Shown here piece by piece: positions 38,349 through 48,108 of a stretch of DNA of 64,000 nt. The notes under the pieces were generated by a model. It saw only the letters and a list, made by a program, of their open reading frames with translations, had not been told where the DNA came from and did not search any database. The stretch covers positions 32,001 through 96,000 of the IMG/VR virus record IMGVR_UViG_3300032770_000005. The stretch is one strand, 5' to 3'. This DNA is from a virus. How positions within the stretch are numbered: the stretch's first letter is position 1; each line of letters begins with the position of its first letter. The position numbers and the translations under genes are program-made.

Positions 38349-39112
38349 TCTACGACGGGTTCATGTTCTTCAACGAGCTGGACCTGCTGGAGATCCGCCT
38401 CCACGAGCTGAAGGACGTCGTCGACCGCTTCATCCTCGTCGAGTCGACCCTGACGCACTCGGGCAAGCAGAAGCCGCTCTACTTCGCCAACGCGAAGCAC
38501 GAGGCGCGCTTCGCGCCATTCGTGGACCGCATCGAGCACGTCGTGGCCGAGCTGCCTACTGGCGCGGGCCACGAACCGTCCTGGCGTCGCGAGAACGAGC
38601 AGCGACGCGCCATAGGTCGCGGGTTCACGAGGTTCGGGCACGGAGACCTGCTGCTCGTCAGCGATGCCGATGAGATCCCCTCGGCCGAGGCAGTCCGCCG
38701 GTACGTGCCGGGTACGGGGGTCGCGGGGCTAGAGCAGGTGTTGAGCTACTTCTACGCGAACGCTCTTGGTGGCGGGTGGATCGGAACGCGCATCGTGCCG
38801 TACGAGGAGTACATCCGCCGCCCCGACATCCAGGTCTACCGCACGCATCTCGACTGCTCGATCCCCCGCGGCGGATGGCACTGGTCGTACCTCGGCGGCG
38901 CGGACCGTGTGCGAGAGAAGCTCGCGAGCTTCGCTCACACCGAACTCGACACGCCGGCCTTCATGTCACGTGTCGACGAGTCCGTGCGCGATGCCAAGCT
39001 CATCTGGGACGCGGCACAGCGGTGCCGCGTGGTGCCCGTCGACGACAGCTTCCCGTCGTACCTGATCGCGAACCAGGAACGCTTCGCCCATCTACTGAAG
39101 GCGGTCGCATGA
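38345..39112 (+). CDS. GT17-family glycosyltransferase (GnT-III-like)
   Basis: IYDGFMFFNELDLLEIRL, T.SG..KPLYF, RENEQR, SDADEIP, GGWHWSY, KLASFAH. Confidence 0.9.
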   Translation: MIYDGFMFFNELDLLEIRLHELKDVVDRFILVESTLTHSGKQKPLYFANAKHEARFAPFVDRIEHVVAELPTGAGHEPSWRRENEQRRAIGRGFTRFGHGDLLLVSDADEIPSAEAVRRYVPGTGVAGLEQVLSYFYANALGGGWIGTRIVPYEEYIRRPDIQVYRTHLDCSIPRGGWHWSYLGGADRVREKLASFAHTELDTPAFMSRVDESVRDAKLIWDAAQRCRVVPVDDSFPSYLIANQERFAHLLKAVA

Positions 39113-39699
39113 GCTTCACGGAGAACTGGTACTCGGAGCAGCAGCTGGTCGAACTGCAACGCGCGGTGCGTCGCGTGCGAGCGCTCAGCGGCGAGATCAT
39201 CGAGCTGGGCTGCTGGGAGGGCAAGAGCACCTGCGCGCTTGCCGTGGCCGCCGAGCCCGAGCCCGTGATCGCGGTCGACAACTGGACCGGGAGCCACTCC
39301 GAAGGCGAGGGTCATCCGACCGTGCAGATCGCCAAGCAGCGCGACGTTCTGGCCGTGTTCAGGGAGAACGTGGCGATGTACACGCGTGGCAACGTCGTGA
39401 TCGTGAGGTTGGACCACGACGCGTTCATCGGGTCGCTGGGTTTCCCGTCGCTGGAGTTTCCCGTGGCGAACGCGGTGGTGAAGTTCGTGCACATCGACGG
39501 CGCGCATGACTATGCGTCGGTGCGCCGGCAGATCCTGGGCCTGAAGCCGCACATGGTCCCGGGCGGCATCATCTGCGGGGACGACTTCCTCACGGCGAGC
39601 GCGCAGAGGCACGACCTGGGCGGCGGCGTCGAGCGCGCTGTCCGCGAGTGCTGCCCGAACTTCGAGCTGCACGGAAACCTCTGGCTCTGGGTGCGGTGA
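39109..39699 (+). CDS. class I SAM methyltransferase (Methyltransf_24/TylF-like)
   Basis: IELGCWEGKST, VHIDGAHDY, GGIICGDD. Confidence 0.88.
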   Translation: MSFTENWYSEQQLVELQRAVRRVRALSGEIIELGCWEGKSTCALAVAAEPEPVIAVDNWTGSHSEGEGHPTVQIAKQRDVLAVFRENVAMYTRGNVVIVRLDHDAFIGSLGFPSLEFPVANAVVKFVHIDGAHDYASVRRQILGLKPHMVPGGIICGDDFLTASAQRHDLGGGVERAVRECCPNFELHGNLWLWVR

Positions 39700-40343
39700 T
39701 GCGTGTCGTGCTCGGCGTGCCTACGCTCAATCGCTACGACCTGCTGGCCGACCTGGTCGCGTCCGCACGAGCGAGTTCGCGGCCGCCGGATGAGATCGTG
39801 ATCGTCGACAACGGCGGCACGCTCGCGATGGAGCAGGTGACCATCATGCGGCCGGGTCGCAACGTCGGCGTGGGGCCTGCGTGGAACATGATCGCGCGAG
39901 CCGCCTTCCACGGGCGTGACGACAGGCTGCTGCTCGTGGGCGACGACGTGCGGCTTGCCACGGATGCGATCGAGGTACTGCTGCGCACGCACGAGCAGAC
40001 CGGCGCGGACATGGTCTATCCGGGACATCTAGCGGGGAACATCTTCTCCTGCTTCATGTGCACGCCGATGCTCTTCGGTCGGGTCGGCTACTTCGACGAG
40101 GACTTCGCGCCGGCGTACTTCGAGGACAACGACTTCCACTACCGCATGCGCCTGTGCGGCGTGAAAGACGCGGCGGCGCCATGCGTCGTGGCACACCAGG
40201 GGAGCGCGACGTTGGCTCGGTTCTCAGCTGCGCAGCTGGAAGAGCATCACCGTAACTTCGAGCGACTGCGGCAGCTGTACGTGCGCAAGTGGGGCGGCGT
40301 CCCGGGCTCCGAGGCGTACATCACGCCCTACAACAAGGGTTGA
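39699..40343 (+). CDS. GT2-family glycosyltransferase
   Basis: VPTLNR, IVDNG, GDD, GYFDEDFAPAYFEDNDF. Confidence 0.88.
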   Translation: MRVVLGVPTLNRYDLLADLVASARASSRPPDEIVIVDNGGTLAMEQVTIMRPGRNVGVGPAWNMIARAAFHGRDDRLLLVGDDVRLATDAIEVLLRTHEQTGADMVYPGHLAGNIFSCFMCTPMLFGRVGYFDEDFAPAYFEDNDFHYRMRLCGVKDAAAPCVVAHQGSATLARFSAAQLEEHHRNFERLRQLYVRKWGGVPGSEAYITPYNKG

Positions 40344-40354
40344 AGGAGATCGCG

Positions 40355-40618
40355 ATGAAGAAGGTCAAGAAGAGTCAGAAGGTCACGACGAAGGACGAGG
40401 GGGACGAGAACCCGGTGTTCGAGTACGCAGCGACCGAAGACGACCGCGCTATGCTGCTGAAGTCAGACGCGTTGCCGAGCGGCACCGCGGCAGAGCGGGC
40501 CTGGACGAGTTTCGCGTGCGCGGCGATCGCCGGAAGGTTGACCTTCAACGCTCTGGGCGCTGCCGAAGCGGCGGACAGCATGCTTGCCGAATGGCGGAGG
40601 CGATGGGGGCCGGAGTGA
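40355..40618 (+). CDS. small phage-type hypothetical protein
   Basis: RBS AAGGAG; FACAAIAG..AAEAADSMLAE. Confidence 0.6.
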   Translation: MKKVKKSQKVTTKDEGDENPVFEYAATEDDRAMLLKSDALPSGTAAERAWTSFACAAIAGRLTFNALGAAEAADSMLAEWRRRWGPE

Positions 40619-40623
40619 GCGAC

Positions 40624-40937
40624 CACGGCGCGCCGGCGCGAGGGCTTCGTACTCGCAACTCGGAGGAGGATAGTGCGAAGCCAGCGCGGGGGCCGAGTGC
40701 CTGCGAGCGAGCGCGTCCGGTCTCGTCGTCGCGAGGCCTGCGCGGGGGCCTGATGCCTGCGACCGGTCCATCGGAGTCTCCTTTTGCTGTTGTGCGAGGT
40801 CGCAGGGCCAGCGCGGGGGCCTTGCGCTCGCGACACAATGAACCGGACGCTCGTCCGGTAGCCAGCGCAGAGGCTTCATGTCTGCGACCGCATCGCTGGT
40901 AGGCGAAAGGCCAGCGCAGGGGCCGAATGCCTGCGAC
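40624..40937 (+). CRISPR. orphan variant CRISPR array C, 6 repeats
   Basis: Repeat ends at 40659, 40707, 40763, 40834, 40888, 40937; spacers about 12-35 nt. Confidence 0.8.
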
Positions 40938-40963
40938 GCGATCGCCTCGCATGAAGGCTGGCT

Positions 40964-41374
40964 TCAGACGCGGTACGGCGCAGTCCAGACGGCGTAGCAG
41001 CCGTACCCCACGCCGGCTCCGATTAGTCCGCCGGCGATCGGGTTCTTGGTCACGGCGCCGATGATCCCAGCGACCAGGCCGCCCACGCCAGAGGCGAGGC
41101 TGCCGGCATTGATCAAGCTCTGCGTCTGCGTCGTCCACTGCTGGTTGAGCGCACTGTCGGAGCACGCGATGCTCGTCAGCAGCCCCTGGCCGAGCCCGCG
41201 GTACGGGTCGCGCCCGAACAGATAGATGTCGGGCTCGCCGGTCACGTCCGATCCGTACTGGATGTAGCCCGGCATCGGCAGCCCAGGCATGCGCGTACGG
41301 CCCGGCGGCAGCGTCGCGAAGTTGACCTGGCCAGGCACCACGACCTGTCCAAGCGCACGGCGGCGGTAGCTCAT
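40964..41374 (-). CDS. TM protein (MSY/GLG family)
   Basis: MSYRRRALGQ..YRGLGQ..Gly-rich TM hairpin. Confidence 0.7.
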   Translation of the reverse strand: MSYRRRALGQVVVPGQVNFATLPPGRTRMPGLPMPGYIQYGSDVTGEPDIYLFGRDPYRGLGQGLLTSIACSDSALNQQWTTQTQSLINAGSLASGVGGLVAGIIGAVTKNPIAGGLIGAGVGYGCYAVWTAPYRV

Positions 41375-41411
41375 GCAGCGATGGTAGCAGGGGCATGGCG
41401 CTCAGTGTAGG

Positions 41412-42182
41412 ATGGCGGTCATGCTCCAGGGGTACGGCCAAGATCTGCATTCGGGCGCGGGCACGGAATGGGACGAGCTGACCAAGCGCGTCCACTGGCC
41501 GCTCGGCGCCGTGATGACGTCCGCCTACGCCGAGCCGCTTCGAGCGCTGCGGCTGCACGACCCTGTCGAGCAGCGACTCGGGTACGGCGGCTTCGGTGCC
41601 GCGTACCGCGTGCGGCTACGCGGCATCGATAGCGTGCTGAAGCTGACGCGAGACCCGTACGAGGTCATCGCGGCCTGGAACCTGAAGCGCAAGCACACCA
41701 AGCGCGTGGTCCCGGTGTACGAGGTCTGGTCGCTCCCGAAGCTCCAGCAGTACGACCACTGGGCGTCGTGGTGGGTGGTCCATCGTGGCTACCTCGCGCC
41801 GCTGTCGAAGGCCGACCTCGACCTCACCGAGCTGATCTTCGACCTCTGGGACGACGACGACCTCGACCTGAGCGTGCCGCGGCACGGCGAGGTCGGGCGC
41901 AGCATGCGCTCGAAGTGGAAGATCGTGCTCGATCAGGAGACAGATCTGAACGGCCAGGAGAAGGCACGCCTGCTGCTGCTGCTCGACCAGATCGCATTCG
42001 GCATCCGCGAGATGGGCCAGCACGGCATCGACTGGACGGACATCATGCCCGACAACCTGCTCCGGGCTCCCGACGGCGGCATGATGATCGCGGACTTCGG
42101 GTTCGGTCGCCCCAAGAAGGACTCGGACGTCAACCCGCCAGAGCTGACCGTGCAGCTCGCTCGCGAGTACGCTGGTGGCTGA
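41412..42182 (+). CDS. Ser/Thr protein kinase-like
   Basis: LGYGGFGAAY, VLKLT, DIMPDNLL, IADFG. Confidence 0.82.
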   Translation: MAVMLQGYGQDLHSGAGTEWDELTKRVHWPLGAVMTSAYAEPLRALRLHDPVEQRLGYGGFGAAYRVRLRGIDSVLKLTRDPYEVIAAWNLKRKHTKRVVPVYEVWSLPKLQQYDHWASWWVVHRGYLAPLSKADLDLTELIFDLWDDDDLDLSVPRHGEVGRSMRSKWKIVLDQETDLNGQEKARLLLLLDQIAFGIREMGQHGIDWTDIMPDNLLRAPDGGMMIADFGFGRPKKDSDVNPPELTVQLAREYAGG

Positions 42183-42598
42183 TGCGCTGGGGCGCAGCCG
42201 GCGCTGGGCTACTGCTGGTCGCTTCTGACACGCGCCGAGTTCTGCTGCTGCTGAGGAGCGCGGGCGTCACGGAGCCAGGCACGTGGGGCGTGCCAGGCGG
42301 CCGTCTCGAACCCGGCGAGGCTCCGCTCGATGGCGCCATGCGCGAGGCGGCCGAGGAGATCGACTTCCGCGGCCCGGTCGCGATCGTCGGCAGCTACGTG
42401 TACCGCGAGAGCGGCTTCGAGTTCACGACCTTCGTCGGGATGGTGGAATCGGAGTTCCGACCGCGCCTGAACTGGGAGAGCGATGACGCGCGGTGGTTCA
42501 TGCCGGACGAGTGGCCGGACAATCTTCACTTCGGCGTGCGGCACGTGCTTCAGACCATGCTTATCCGGTTGTCGCCCACGCCAAGTAGACAGAGATAG
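42182..42598 (+). CDS. Nudix hydrolase
   Basis: PGGRLEPGEAPLDGAMREAAEE Nudix box; LNWESDDARW, LHFG. Confidence 0.9.
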   Translation: MRWGAAGAGLLLVASDTRRVLLLLRSAGVTEPGTWGVPGGRLEPGEAPLDGAMREAAEEIDFRGPVAIVGSYVYRESGFEFTTFVGMVESEFRPRLNWESDDARWFMPDEWPDNLHFGVRHVLQTMLIRLSPTPSRQR

Positions 42599-42636
42599 CG
42601 ATGTTCTGTAGGATTCTTTCGCAAGGGAGCGTTTCC

Positions 42637-42987
42637 ATGAGGAAAAAAACCAAGCGAACGACACGGAACACAGCGCAGGTGTGGGATTACGATGATATCC
42701 GCGACCCGACAGACAAGACGTACATGCTGACATTCCAACCGTACTTGGAAACGCCAGACGGTCAGAAGGCGGAACTGACGATCGGCTACCTACCGCGTCG
42801 TCGTGGCTACGGCTACGGAAGGTGGGAAGAGTTCTTCCTCACTCTGCCAGAAGCGAGGCGTCGCATGGACTTTCTTGCATCCGCAAGGGCGATCGAGGAC
42901 GCCGAGATCCGAAAGGAAATCCCAGGCGGCGGGATGATGACCACACTCGTGGACGCATGGCGCGACGAAGAGGGCGACGAAGACTGA
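42637..42987 (+). CDS. hypothetical protein (lower GC)
   Basis: MRKKTKR start after GGGAG. Confidence 0.55.
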   Translation: MRKKTKRTTRNTAQVWDYDDIRDPTDKTYMLTFQPYLETPDGQKAELTIGYLPRRRGYGYGRWEEFFLTLPEARRRMDFLASARAIEDAEIRKEIPGGGMMTTLVDAWRDEEGDED

Positions 42988-43183
42988 GACATTCGCCGGG
43001 GCTTGGAGCGCTGTTTTTGGGCAAAAACCGGATGAGCATGCTTCAGACGAGCCGGCCGGCCGCTGCTGCGCCGGTCCGCGCCTGCGTGTGGTGCAGCGGC
43101 ACCGGCACGATCCCCGCGACGCGGATGATCTGTCGGACGTGCGGGGGGGACTGGCTTCGGCGTCTGAAGAGCAGCTGCGCGAG

Positions 43184-45244
43184 TCAGATTAGGGACAGCT
43201 GACCGGCGGGCGCGGCGACCCTTTTGCCGACCTCTTCGGTTGGCGTCACGCCGAACTCGGGCAGGTAGGGCGAGACGGTCACCTCGTCGACCGTCGCGTC
43301 ATCGGCGTAGGCGTGCGAGTAGAACCACAGCTCTTGCGCGGCGCGAGTCACCGCGACGTACAGCAGCCTGCGCTCGTCGGTCGGATTGCCCCAGGGCACG
43401 GGCCAGATCTTGCTCGTCATGCCGGGCATGTACACGACCTGCCACTCGGCGCCCTTCACGCGGTGCACGGTGCTGATGGTCACCGCGTTGCGTGAGGCCG
43501 CCGCACGACGCTGCGCGACGTGTAGCTCGTCGACGGTGTCGAGCAGCTCGGCGAGCGTGTTGAACGCGCTCATGAAGTCGACGACGCGGTCGAAGTTCAT
43601 GCCGGCGTCGACGTCGGGCTCGGCCTCGCTGGCACTCGCGATCCAGCGCCCGAAGTCGGTCACCTTGCAGATCTTCTCGAAGAGCTGCCGCGGCGTGGCG
43701 TTCTTCGCGAGCGACGTGCGCCAGTCGCGCACCTTCCACATGAAGTCGTGAGCGTTGCCCGTGTACCGGCGATCGTGGACGACGGACAGCCCCTCCATCA
43801 GGTCGATCCAGTCGAAGCCGTTGGTGGTCTCCTGAGGAGCAGCCTTCGTCACGGCGTCGGTGAACACGCGTCCGAGATAGCGCGTGGGCGACAGGATGGC
43901 CTCGGTGAAGTCGCTGTGGTCTGCCCGGTTCGCGATCACGCGCATGTACGCGAGGACGACCTTGGTCGCCTTGGCCGCGAAGAAGCTAGCGCCGGCAGCG
44001 ACGCGGCACGGGATCTTGGCCTTGAGCAGCTCCAGCTCGATCGGAGCGCTCTGAGCGTTGACGCGAAGGAGGATCGCCTGATCGCGCCACTCGATGCCGG
44101 ACTCGTGGTGCGCGTTGATGTTGCGCGCCAGATCGACCGCCTCGGCCGACGGAGCGTCATGCACGCGATAGCCCAGGAAGCCGACGTCCGATCGTGTGCC
44201 GATCATCTTCATCGGCAGGCGTGCGCTGAGCGGGATGCCCGCGAGCGCGATGTTGCCGCTCTCGATGATCTTGCTGGCGCTCCGGAAGTTGTGCTCCATG
44301 TACACGACGCGGACGTTCGGGCGCTTGGCGAACGCGAGGAAGTGCTCGGGGCGAGCGCCGCGAAAGCTGTAGATGCACTGGCCTGGGTCGCCGACGATCG
44401 TCAGGTTGCGCGTGCGTCGAGCGAGCGCGTCCACGATGCGCCACTGCGCTTCGCAGAGGTCCTGCGCCTCGTCGACGACGACGTAGTCGAACTGCTCCTG
44501 CCAGCGAGCGAGCAGGCCAGGATCGCGGTCGAACGCGCGCACCGACTCGACGAGCAGATCGTCGAAGCCCACGAACCGCGCCCGCGTCGCGTTGTCGTGG
44601 AGCAGCACGCCCTGCGTGTCGCGTACCGTCTCGGCAGCGAAGAAGATGGCGATCAGGTCGTCGGGATGCTGCGCGCAGTCACGCTTCGCTCGGATCACCG
44701 CCTCCGCCGCGTCGAGCAGCTGCGGCGCGGTGAGTCCGAGCAGCCGCTGGTCGACGACCTCGTCGGTCACGAGCATGTCGTTCTTCACTCGCGACGAGAA
44801 GCGTCGGACCACGTCGAGGTCGAAGGTCCCCTGCCGGATGCCGAGCGTGTTGACCGCCTCGCGGATCGCGCGGTTCTGGAGGCTGCCGTTCTTGTCGAGC
44901 GTGAACCCCCTGGCACCCGACGTATCGGACCAGATCGAATGCGCGAGCGAATGGAGCGTGCGCGCGACGGTGACGTCGCCCTTGAGGCCGAGACGCTTCT
45001 TGAGCTTGCGGTTGAGCTGCGTGGCCGCGTCGACGTTGAAGGCCAAGAGGCAGATCTTGTCCAGCGGGACGCCGCTCTGCGCGAGCCGCGCCGTGCGCTC
45101 GATGAGCGTCGTGGACTTGCCGCTGCCGGCGACGGCGCCGACGAGCATGAGCCCGAGGTTGTGCTCGATCACGACCTGCTGCGCCGGCGTGAACGTGGGT
45201 CCCGCCGCCGGCGCCTCGGCCTTCTTCTTCCGCTTCGCACTCAC
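43184..45244 (-). CDS. UvrD/Rep/PcrA SF1 helicase
   Basis: AVAGSGKS, VDEAQD, VGDPGQCIYSFRGA, NFRS, STVHRVKGAEW, DERRLLYVAVTRA. Confidence 0.95.
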   Translation of the reverse strand: MSAKRKKKAEAPAAGPTFTPAQQVVIEHNLGLMLVGAVAGSGKSTTLIERTARLAQSGVPLDKICLLAFNVDAATQLNRKLKKRLGLKGDVTVARTLHSLAHSIWSDTSGARGFTLDKNGSLQNRAIREAVNTLGIRQGTFDLDVVRRFSSRVKNDMLVTDEVVDQRLLGLTAPQLLDAAEAVIRAKRDCAQHPDDLIAIFFAAETVRDTQGVLLHDNATRARFVGFDDLLVESVRAFDRDPGLLARWQEQFDYVVVDEAQDLCEAQWRIVDALARRTRNLTIVGDPGQCIYSFRGARPEHFLAFAKRPNVRVVYMEHNFRSASKIIESGNIALAGIPLSARLPMKMIGTRSDVGFLGYRVHDAPSAEAVDLARNINAHHESGIEWRDQAILLRVNAQSAPIELELLKAKIPCRVAAGASFFAAKATKVVLAYMRVIANRADHSDFTEAILSPTRYLGRVFTDAVTKAAPQETTNGFDWIDLMEGLSVVHDRRYTGNAHDFMWKVRDWRTSLAKNATPRQLFEKICKVTDFGRWIASASEAEPDVDAGMNFDRVVDFMSAFNTLAELLDTVDELHVAQRRAAASRNAVTISTVHRVKGAEWQVVYMPGMTSKIWPVPWGNPTDERRLLYVAVTRAAQELWFYSHAYADDATVDEVTVSPYLPEFGVTPTEEVGKRVAAPAGQLSLI

Positions 45245-45924
45245 TCGCGTAGGGCTGGCCTCACGTACCCGGTGTTGGCCGTGAAGCCGTCGCAGTGAAC
45301 CTCGATGAGGCCCACAGCGTCTGCGTGTCGGTGATCGATGCGGCCGCCCCAGTCGGTGATCGGCTCGTCGCACAGGTAGAGCGCGGTGGGACCGGGCGCG
45401 AAGTCGTCGAGCGTCATGCGTGCGATCCCGCTCGCGAGACGCCATGCGTGCGTCCAGGCCCGCACGGCGTGATGCCACGGCACGGACCCGCGCCAGTGGA
45501 GCGGCGTCGCCGAGAACGGCGCGTCACCGACGTACATGGTCCACGCGTTGATGTCGCCGGGGGACGGCTCCATGAGGCGCCCGTGGGAGTAGGCGAGCGC
45601 GAACGCGAGGTAGCGCTGTGCGAACGACAGCGCGGTGCCTGCCTGACGCATGCGCTCGGCCCCGCGCAGCAGCACCTGATGCAGCAGGTAGCAGTCGTCG
45701 CCCCAGAGGACCCCGTGGTCTCGCTGCTGCACCCATCGGTCGACGGTCCCGTCCTCGTCCTCGTCGAGGCCGTAGGGCAGAGACGCCTCGTGCACGCACA
45801 GCGACGTGAGCACGCGTACGGGCGTCCATGGCTGACCACCCGGCGATCGCGTGGGCAGCTGAGCAGCCGCGTGGCCGCACATGAGCCCGAGAACGAGAAC
45901 AGCTACGATGATGTTGGTACGCAT
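45241..45924 (-). CDS. secreted hypothetical protein
   Basis: Signal peptide ending AAA-Q. Confidence 0.65.
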   Translation of the reverse strand: MRTNIIVAVLVLGLMCGHAAAQLPTRSPGGQPWTPVRVLTSLCVHEASLPYGLDEDEDGTVDRWVQQRDHGVLWGDDCYLLHQVLLRGAERMRQAGTALSFAQRYLAFALAYSHGRLMEPSPGDINAWTMYVGDAPFSATPLHWRGSVPWHHAVRAWTHAWRLASGIARMTLDDFAPGPTALYLCDEPITDWGGRIDHRHADAVGLIEVHCDGFTANTGYVRPALRE

Positions 45925-46000
45925 CGGCTCGTCTTAGACCGAGTCACAGAACGGCGCCAAGCGGGCATCATGCAACATGCCCGCTTGGCACACGATCTGC

Positions 46001-46921
46001 CTACTCCGCGTCGCTCAGCACGCCGGCGTCGCGCAGCGCCTTGCGGAGCCCGGGCACCTTGCGGTCCCAGGAGCCGTCTTCGCCGATGATCCACGCGAGC
46101 AGCGCACGCGCGGAGTGGTCGAGGCCGCCGACGAACTCCTCGTTCGCGTGGACCTTGCGGAGCACGCTGACGCTGATGCCCTTGCCGCGCAGCGAGGGCC
46201 CGTTCTTGCTCTGCCCGCGCTTCACGCGCCCGCGCTCCGCACGCTGCCGCCTGGCCTCGGGCACGGAGATCACCACGCCGGCCTCGATCGCCGCCGCGAT
46301 CTTCGCGTCCTGCTCCTCCTGCGACATGTCCGCGTACGTCGCCGCCGCGGTCGCCGTGATCAGCCCCTTCTCGACGAGCCCCTGCATCTTGGGGGACAGC
46401 TCCAGCACGCGCAGATGGTTCTTCAGGACCTCCAGCGTCATGCCCATCTTGCGCGCCACGACCTCCTCGGACTCGCCGCGCGACAGCAGCCGGCGCGCGT
46501 TCCTCGCGCTCGTGAGCATGTCGTCGTCGTGACGGATGCGGTTCTCCGCCTCGATCGCGCCGGTGAGCCCGCTCTCGTCGTTGTCCTTGCGCAAGACCGA
46601 GCGAAGGAAGAACGAGGGGGCGTCGCCCGCAGCGCGGAGCTGCTTCTTCACCTCGCGTCCCGCCAGCACGCGGTTGCGCCCAACCACGCACTCCACCTTG
46701 TCGCCGTTCTTGCGGACGACGATGTTCTGCTGCTGTCCCTCGGCGATGAGCGAGGCGACCAGCCCGGGGCGCGAGAAGCCCTCGCGCTTGAGCTTCATCA
46801 CCCGCTCGTTCACGAGCGGATGCTCCAGCCCGTCCTTCGTGTCGTACCCGACGATCACGATCTCGTCGGGGTCCAGCAGCCACAGGTTCTCTCGCGACGC
46901 ATCCAACGCGGTCTTCGCCAT
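46001..46921 (-). CDS. ParB/RepB-like protein
   Basis: LVASLIAEGQQQNIVV, VVGRNRV, ENRIR, HTH VARKMGMT. Confidence 0.8.
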   Translation of the reverse strand: MAKTALDASRENLWLLDPDEIVIVGYDTKDGLEHPLVNERVMKLKREGFSRPGLVASLIAEGQQQNIVVRKNGDKVECVVGRNRVLAGREVKKQLRAAGDAPSFFLRSVLRKDNDESGLTGAIEAENRIRHDDDMLTSARNARRLLSRGESEEVVARKMGMTLEVLKNHLRVLELSPKMQGLVEKGLITATAAATYADMSQEEQDAKIAAAIEAGVVISVPEARRQRAERGRVKRGQSKNGPSLRGKGISVSVLRKVHANEEFVGGLDHSARALLAWIIGEDGSWDRKVPGLRKALRDAGVLSDAE

Positions 46922-46948
46922 CTCACACGCTCCTTTCAGTTCGCACCA

Positions 46949-47251
46949 CTACCACTTCAGAACGAGCTGCGCGCTGACGTCGACCACGATCGGGTCGGCG
47001 CGCAGCAGCATGATCTCGGGCATGTTCGTCGCGTCGAGCTTCAGCGACGCGAGCGTCTTGCTCACGTCGGCCTTGCTGTCGCAGCGGTGCCGCGTGAACA
47101 GCCGCTCCTCGATGAGCTTGCCGTCGGGCAGCTCGATGTGCCGCACACCGGCCGCGATCAGCAGCCACAGCGGCTTGCGCACCGGCGCCTTCCGCTTCGG
47201 TTGCGCATCCGCGCTCTCGCCTCCGTCGACCTCGGTCTCGTCGTCGCTCAT
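46949..47251 (-). CDS. hypothetical protein
   Basis: GGAGG RBS, codon usage. Confidence 0.6.
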   Translation of the reverse strand: MSDDETEVDGGESADAQPKRKAPVRKPLWLLIAAGVRHIELPDGKLIEERLFTRHRCDSKADVSKTLASLKLDATNMPEIMLLRADPIVVDVSAQLVLKW

Positions 47252-47426
47252 GCCGGCCTCCGTGCCCAAGATTGCCGACCTGTACCGCATCACGATCTGT
47301 CCGACAAGTTCTTTCGACATACCCGTCCACAAAAAGTGACGCGCCTTGCGGACAGCCATTGCGGAGCCCGACGGAGGCGCGTACGTTCGTCTGCGTAAAC
47401 CGACTGTTCCAGTGAGGAGGCCCGCG

Positions 47427-47834
47427 ATGTCCGATTCGATCCCGCTGCACGAGAAGCTCTACGAGGCGTGCGCGCGTGCGGCACACGAGGTGAACCGCGC
47501 CTACTGCCGCTCGCTCGGCGACGACTCGCAGCCGGCGTGGGAAAACGCGCCCGAGTGGCAGAAGACGAGCGCTCGCAAGGGCGTGGAGGGCGCGCTAGCC
47601 GGCAACACGCCCGAGCAGTCGCACGAGTCCTGGCTCGCAGAAAAGCGAGCGACCGGATGGAGGTACGGCCCCGTCAAGAACCCGGACACGAAAGAGCATC
47701 CGTGCTTCGTGCCCTATGCGGAACTTCCGCCCGCTCAGCAGACGAAGGACGCGCTGTACCTCGCGACGGTGCGCGCGACCGCGCTCGCGTTCGAGGCTGG
47801 TCTTGCGGCGCAGGCGGCCCTTCGGCTGGAGTAA
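47427..47834 (+). CDS. phage RyR-domain protein
   Basis: ARAAHEVNRAYC, PEQSHESW, GWRYGPVKN...KEHPCFVPYAELP. Confidence 0.85.
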   Translation: MSDSIPLHEKLYEACARAAHEVNRAYCRSLGDDSQPAWENAPEWQKTSARKGVEGALAGNTPEQSHESWLAEKRATGWRYGPVKNPDTKEHPCFVPYAELPPAQQTKDALYLATVRATALAFEAGLAAQAALRLE

Positions 47835-47891
47835 AGTCCGGCGCAGAGACTCGTGTCTGCCGTCGCTACTCGTCCTTCATCTCGACACGGC

Positions 47892-48107
47892 GTCGCAGGC
47901 ACCCCTGCGGTTCGCGGGCACATTCGGAAGCGGGCTGGTCACCATGTCGCGAGCACGAGGCCCCCGCGCTGGCCAGACGCGCGCCGCGCCGGGCGTCACG
48001 TAGTCGACGTGTCGCGAGTACCAAGCCCTCGCGCTGGCTTCCGACCACGAGAGACGGGTCCACTACGTCCTCGACGCGAGCACGAAGCCCTCGCGCTGGC
48101 TTCGCCC
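47892..48107 (-). CRISPR. orphan mini-array D in reverse orientation, 3 repeats plus 2 remnants
   Basis: Reverse-complement repeats at 47946-47974, 48011-48045, 48073-48107; remnants at 47892 and 47912. Confidence 0.75.
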
Positions 48108-48108
48108 C

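Noticed and set aside
1804-46883. Many long antisense or alternate-frame ORFs (e.g. 1804-3375, 33182-34489, 43748-45298)
   Set aside because: Shadow ORFs expected at high GC opposite motif-supported genes
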